Shown here one piece after another: positions 62,256 through 64,000 of a stretch of 64,000 bases of DNA (the first letter of the stretch is position 1; each line of letters begins with the position of its first letter). The translations under genes and the position numbers were made by a program. Below the pieces are notes generated by a model. That model saw only the letters and a list, made by a program, of their open reading frames with translations. It was not told the DNA's origin and searched no databases. This DNA comes from Polyangiaceae bacterium (GTDB taxonomy: Bacteria > Myxococcota_A > Polyangia > Polyangiales > Polyangiaceae): NCBI GenBank assembly GCA_044376115.1, contig JBILLK010000003.1:32001-96000 (forward strand), written 5' to 3'.

Positions 62256-62342
62256 CGGAGAGGGCGGGATTCGAACCCGCGGTAGAGTTTCCCCTACGCG
62301 TGCTTAGCAAGCACGTGCCTTAGGCCACTCGGCCACCTCTCC
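62256..62342 (-). tRNA. tRNA-Ser(GCT); CCA not encoded
   Basis: GGAGAGG acceptor, TGGCCGAGTGG D arm, CGTGC-TT-GCT-AA-GCACG anticodon arm, long variable arm, GGTTCGAATCC, discriminator G. Confidence 0.97.
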
Positions 62343-62484
62343 AAACTTCAATCTGTAAAGCGGAGCGGAGATTACACAAAGGCTCCGCCACTTAAAAGCA
62401 AAACGACCTTGGGTCGTGTCGTCGAGCGAAATGAACGGACGGCGTCAGCTCTAACCACTGACGCCGAACCGTCCTAAGCCCCGA

Positions 62485-62859
62485 TCACTCCGGGGTATCG
62501 CAGCCAGCCCAAGCCTTCAGATCGGCCTTCTCAGTGGCTGAAAGCTGCACGTCCGTTGCCGGCGGCATGGGGTAGGTAGCGTCGTCTTCAAGAGTCCCAA
62601 GCAACTTTTCTGGGAACTTCTTGGCCTCCTCATACGTGTCATAGTTGTACTCGAGCGGCGCATTGGCGCGCGAGACAAGGTCGGTCAGGCTGCTGTTGTG
62701 ACACGAGGTGCATTTCCCAAATGCAACGCTCAGCTCTGAATAACCTTTGGGCGTGACAGTGGAGCAATCCACCGTCGACTCCGTGTCATCTCCACAGCCT
62801 GCAAAAGCCGCGACCGCAAAAAGCACCGAGAAACCTGCTGCAAAGAACCGTTTCGACAC
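62485..62859 (-). CDS. Small monoheme c-type cytochrome lipoprotein
   Basis: Lipobox FAGC; CTSCH; distal PMPP Met; GAGGAGG RBS. Confidence 0.8.
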   Translation of the reverse strand: MSKRFFAAGFSVLFAVAAFAGCGDDTESTVDCSTVTPKGYSELSVAFGKCTSCHNSSLTDLVSRANAPLEYNYDTYEEAKKFPEKLLGTLEDDATYPMPPATDVQLSATEKADLKAWAGCDTPE

Positions 62860-63082
62860 CGAGGCCTCCTCTTAACCAGACCGCTCACCGTGCGGACCCG
62901 AAAACATATAGCGGCCTCCACGCCAACCCACCAGGCGGTTCAACAAAACGTTGAATGGTTGGCCTCCGTTGCACGTCAATCACCAGGCTCTGACGCCGTG
63001 TCGCACGGCGCGAGGTTGTCCACATGGGCACCTCAAATTGGTCCGTCGAGCCGCTCCATTGAGCCCAACCGGAGGTCGCAAC

Positions 63083-63292
63083 ATGACCCGATTGTTCCCC
63101 CGCTCATCCTCTCGCTCCGTTGTGCGAGGGGCTATGTTCATTCTTGCCGTCGTTGTCTCTGGCTGCACCGTCAAGGTTGGTGGAGCTCCTCCGACGAACT
63201 ACGACTACTCCGAGTACGAGACGTACGGCACGACGCACGGAGAGAGCCCCTCTTACGAAACGGCGAGCCGAGCAGCCTCTCAACCAAAGTAG
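63083..63292 (+). CDS. Small putative lipoprotein
   Basis: GGAGG RBS before ATG 63083; hydrophobic stretch ending VSGC; 69 aa. Confidence 0.55.
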   Translation: MTRLFPRSSSRSVVRGAMFILAVVVSGCTVKVGGAPPTNYDYSEYETYGTTHGESPSYETASRAASQPK

Positions 63293-63383
63293 GTCGTACT
63301 GCGTTCAGTGGTGCTCCCCAAAAAAGACCTTGTGGGGGATTGCTTGCTGCGGATCCCCTCCGTAAGCTCACGCCGAACCACGG

Positions 63384-64000
63384 ATGCAAAGCCGCCTCTT
63401 TCGTCCGCTGCTCGCGCTTTTTGCAGCAGCTCTTCTCTCGAGTGTCGTAGCGATCCTCAAGCCTGAGTTTGCCGCTCATGCCTGCTTCGCAAACGCGTTT
63501 GCTGCCATTTTGATTTTGGTTGGCGGGGGTGGTGGTGGGGAGTCTCTCCAGCCCATCAACGATGCTGTGCGGCTAGCTCGGCGCGGCAAGCCGGCTCAAC
63601 TGCCGGAGCACGCCTCCCCGCAGCTTTCGGCAGCGATCGAAGATATCAACCGGCTCACTGAAGAGCGCGAAGAAGCAAAGTCGGCCAAAGAAGCGCTCGA
63701 GATGCAACTCTCGGAAGCGAGGGAGCTGACCGCTCGCGCGACGCGTGAGGCGGCCGAGTCGAGCTCGAGACTGCAGCTTGAGCTCGAGGCTCTGCGAGAG
63801 GAAGCCAGGCGGGCCAAGGAGGGCGGCCTCAAGGTATCCGACCTGCGCGATCCGGTAAGAACGCTCTCGGACGCAGTGGTGGAGTGTGAAGGCTCCCAGC
63901 CCAACATCCTCGCGGCTTCGGTGGATCTCGTTGGCCACGTTCGCACGGTCAACCAGACCTTGGTGGAGGTCTACCAGTCGATTGAGGCGCTTGCCACGAA
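63384..64000 (+). CDS. Membrane protein with two TM segments and a coiled coil, probably a methyl-accepting chemotaxis protein (3' end outside the window)
   Basis: Open frame from ATG 63384 to the window end (MQSRLFRPLLALF...ILILVGGGGG...coiled coil); absent from the ORF track because it has no stop. Confidence 0.6.
   Translation, partial: MQSRLFRPLLALFAAALLSSVVAILKPEFAAHACFANAFAAILILVGGGGGGESLQPINDAVRLARRGKPAQLPEHASPQLSAAIEDINRLTEEREEAKSAKEALEMQLSEARELTARATREAAESSSRLQLELEALREEARRAKEGGLKVSDLRDPVRTLSDAVVECEGSQPNILAASVDLVGHVRTVNQTLVEVYQSIEALAT

Noticed and set aside
62256..62342. tRNA-Ser as an integration site for a genomic island
   Set aside because: No integrase and no duplicated tRNA 3' end seen; the downstream flank is a terminator and a host-like gene.
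63016..63024. Isolated TTGTCCACA DnaA-box-like 9-mer
   Set aside because: A single mismatched copy, as expected by chance.

Overview
A GC-rich, gene-dense bacterial chromosome segment, most likely from Myxococcota (Polyangiales-like). This is inferred from the many Cys/Gly-rich lipoproteins, a Hanks-type Ser/Thr kinase, an oxidosqualene cyclase and a dnaA unlinked from dnaN. About 60 CDSs and one tRNA-Ser(GCT) are supported. Core genes include serS, gap-pgk-tpiA, dnaA with upstream DnaA-box-like sites, miaE, a partial atp operon (b', b, delta, alpha, gamma), PBP1A, pgeF, metK and oxyR/ahpC/ahpD. No CRISPR array, rRNA, integrase or transposase was seen. The best candidate for an undescribed system is a tight three-gene operon at 16256-19452. 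It encodes an acyl-CoA-dehydrogenase-fold flavoprotein lacking the catalytic Glu, a PhnD/SsuA-fold protein with no signal peptide or ABC partners, and a TusA-like/diiron ferritin-like fusion. It runs directly into a large mycobacterial-ICL2-type isocitrate lyase. Other notable items: a sterol cyclase with DCTAK in place of DCTAE and lanosterol-type residues; ATP synthase b and alpha subunits with large extra segments; a TPI with a 43-Asp tail; a Kazal-like domain fused to a papain-like protease; an MbnP-like protein without MbnH; a doubly frameshifted DUF362-CBM9 gene; and a tandem GILT/thioredoxin-fold protein. All family calls come from motif recognition by eye. No database search was run.
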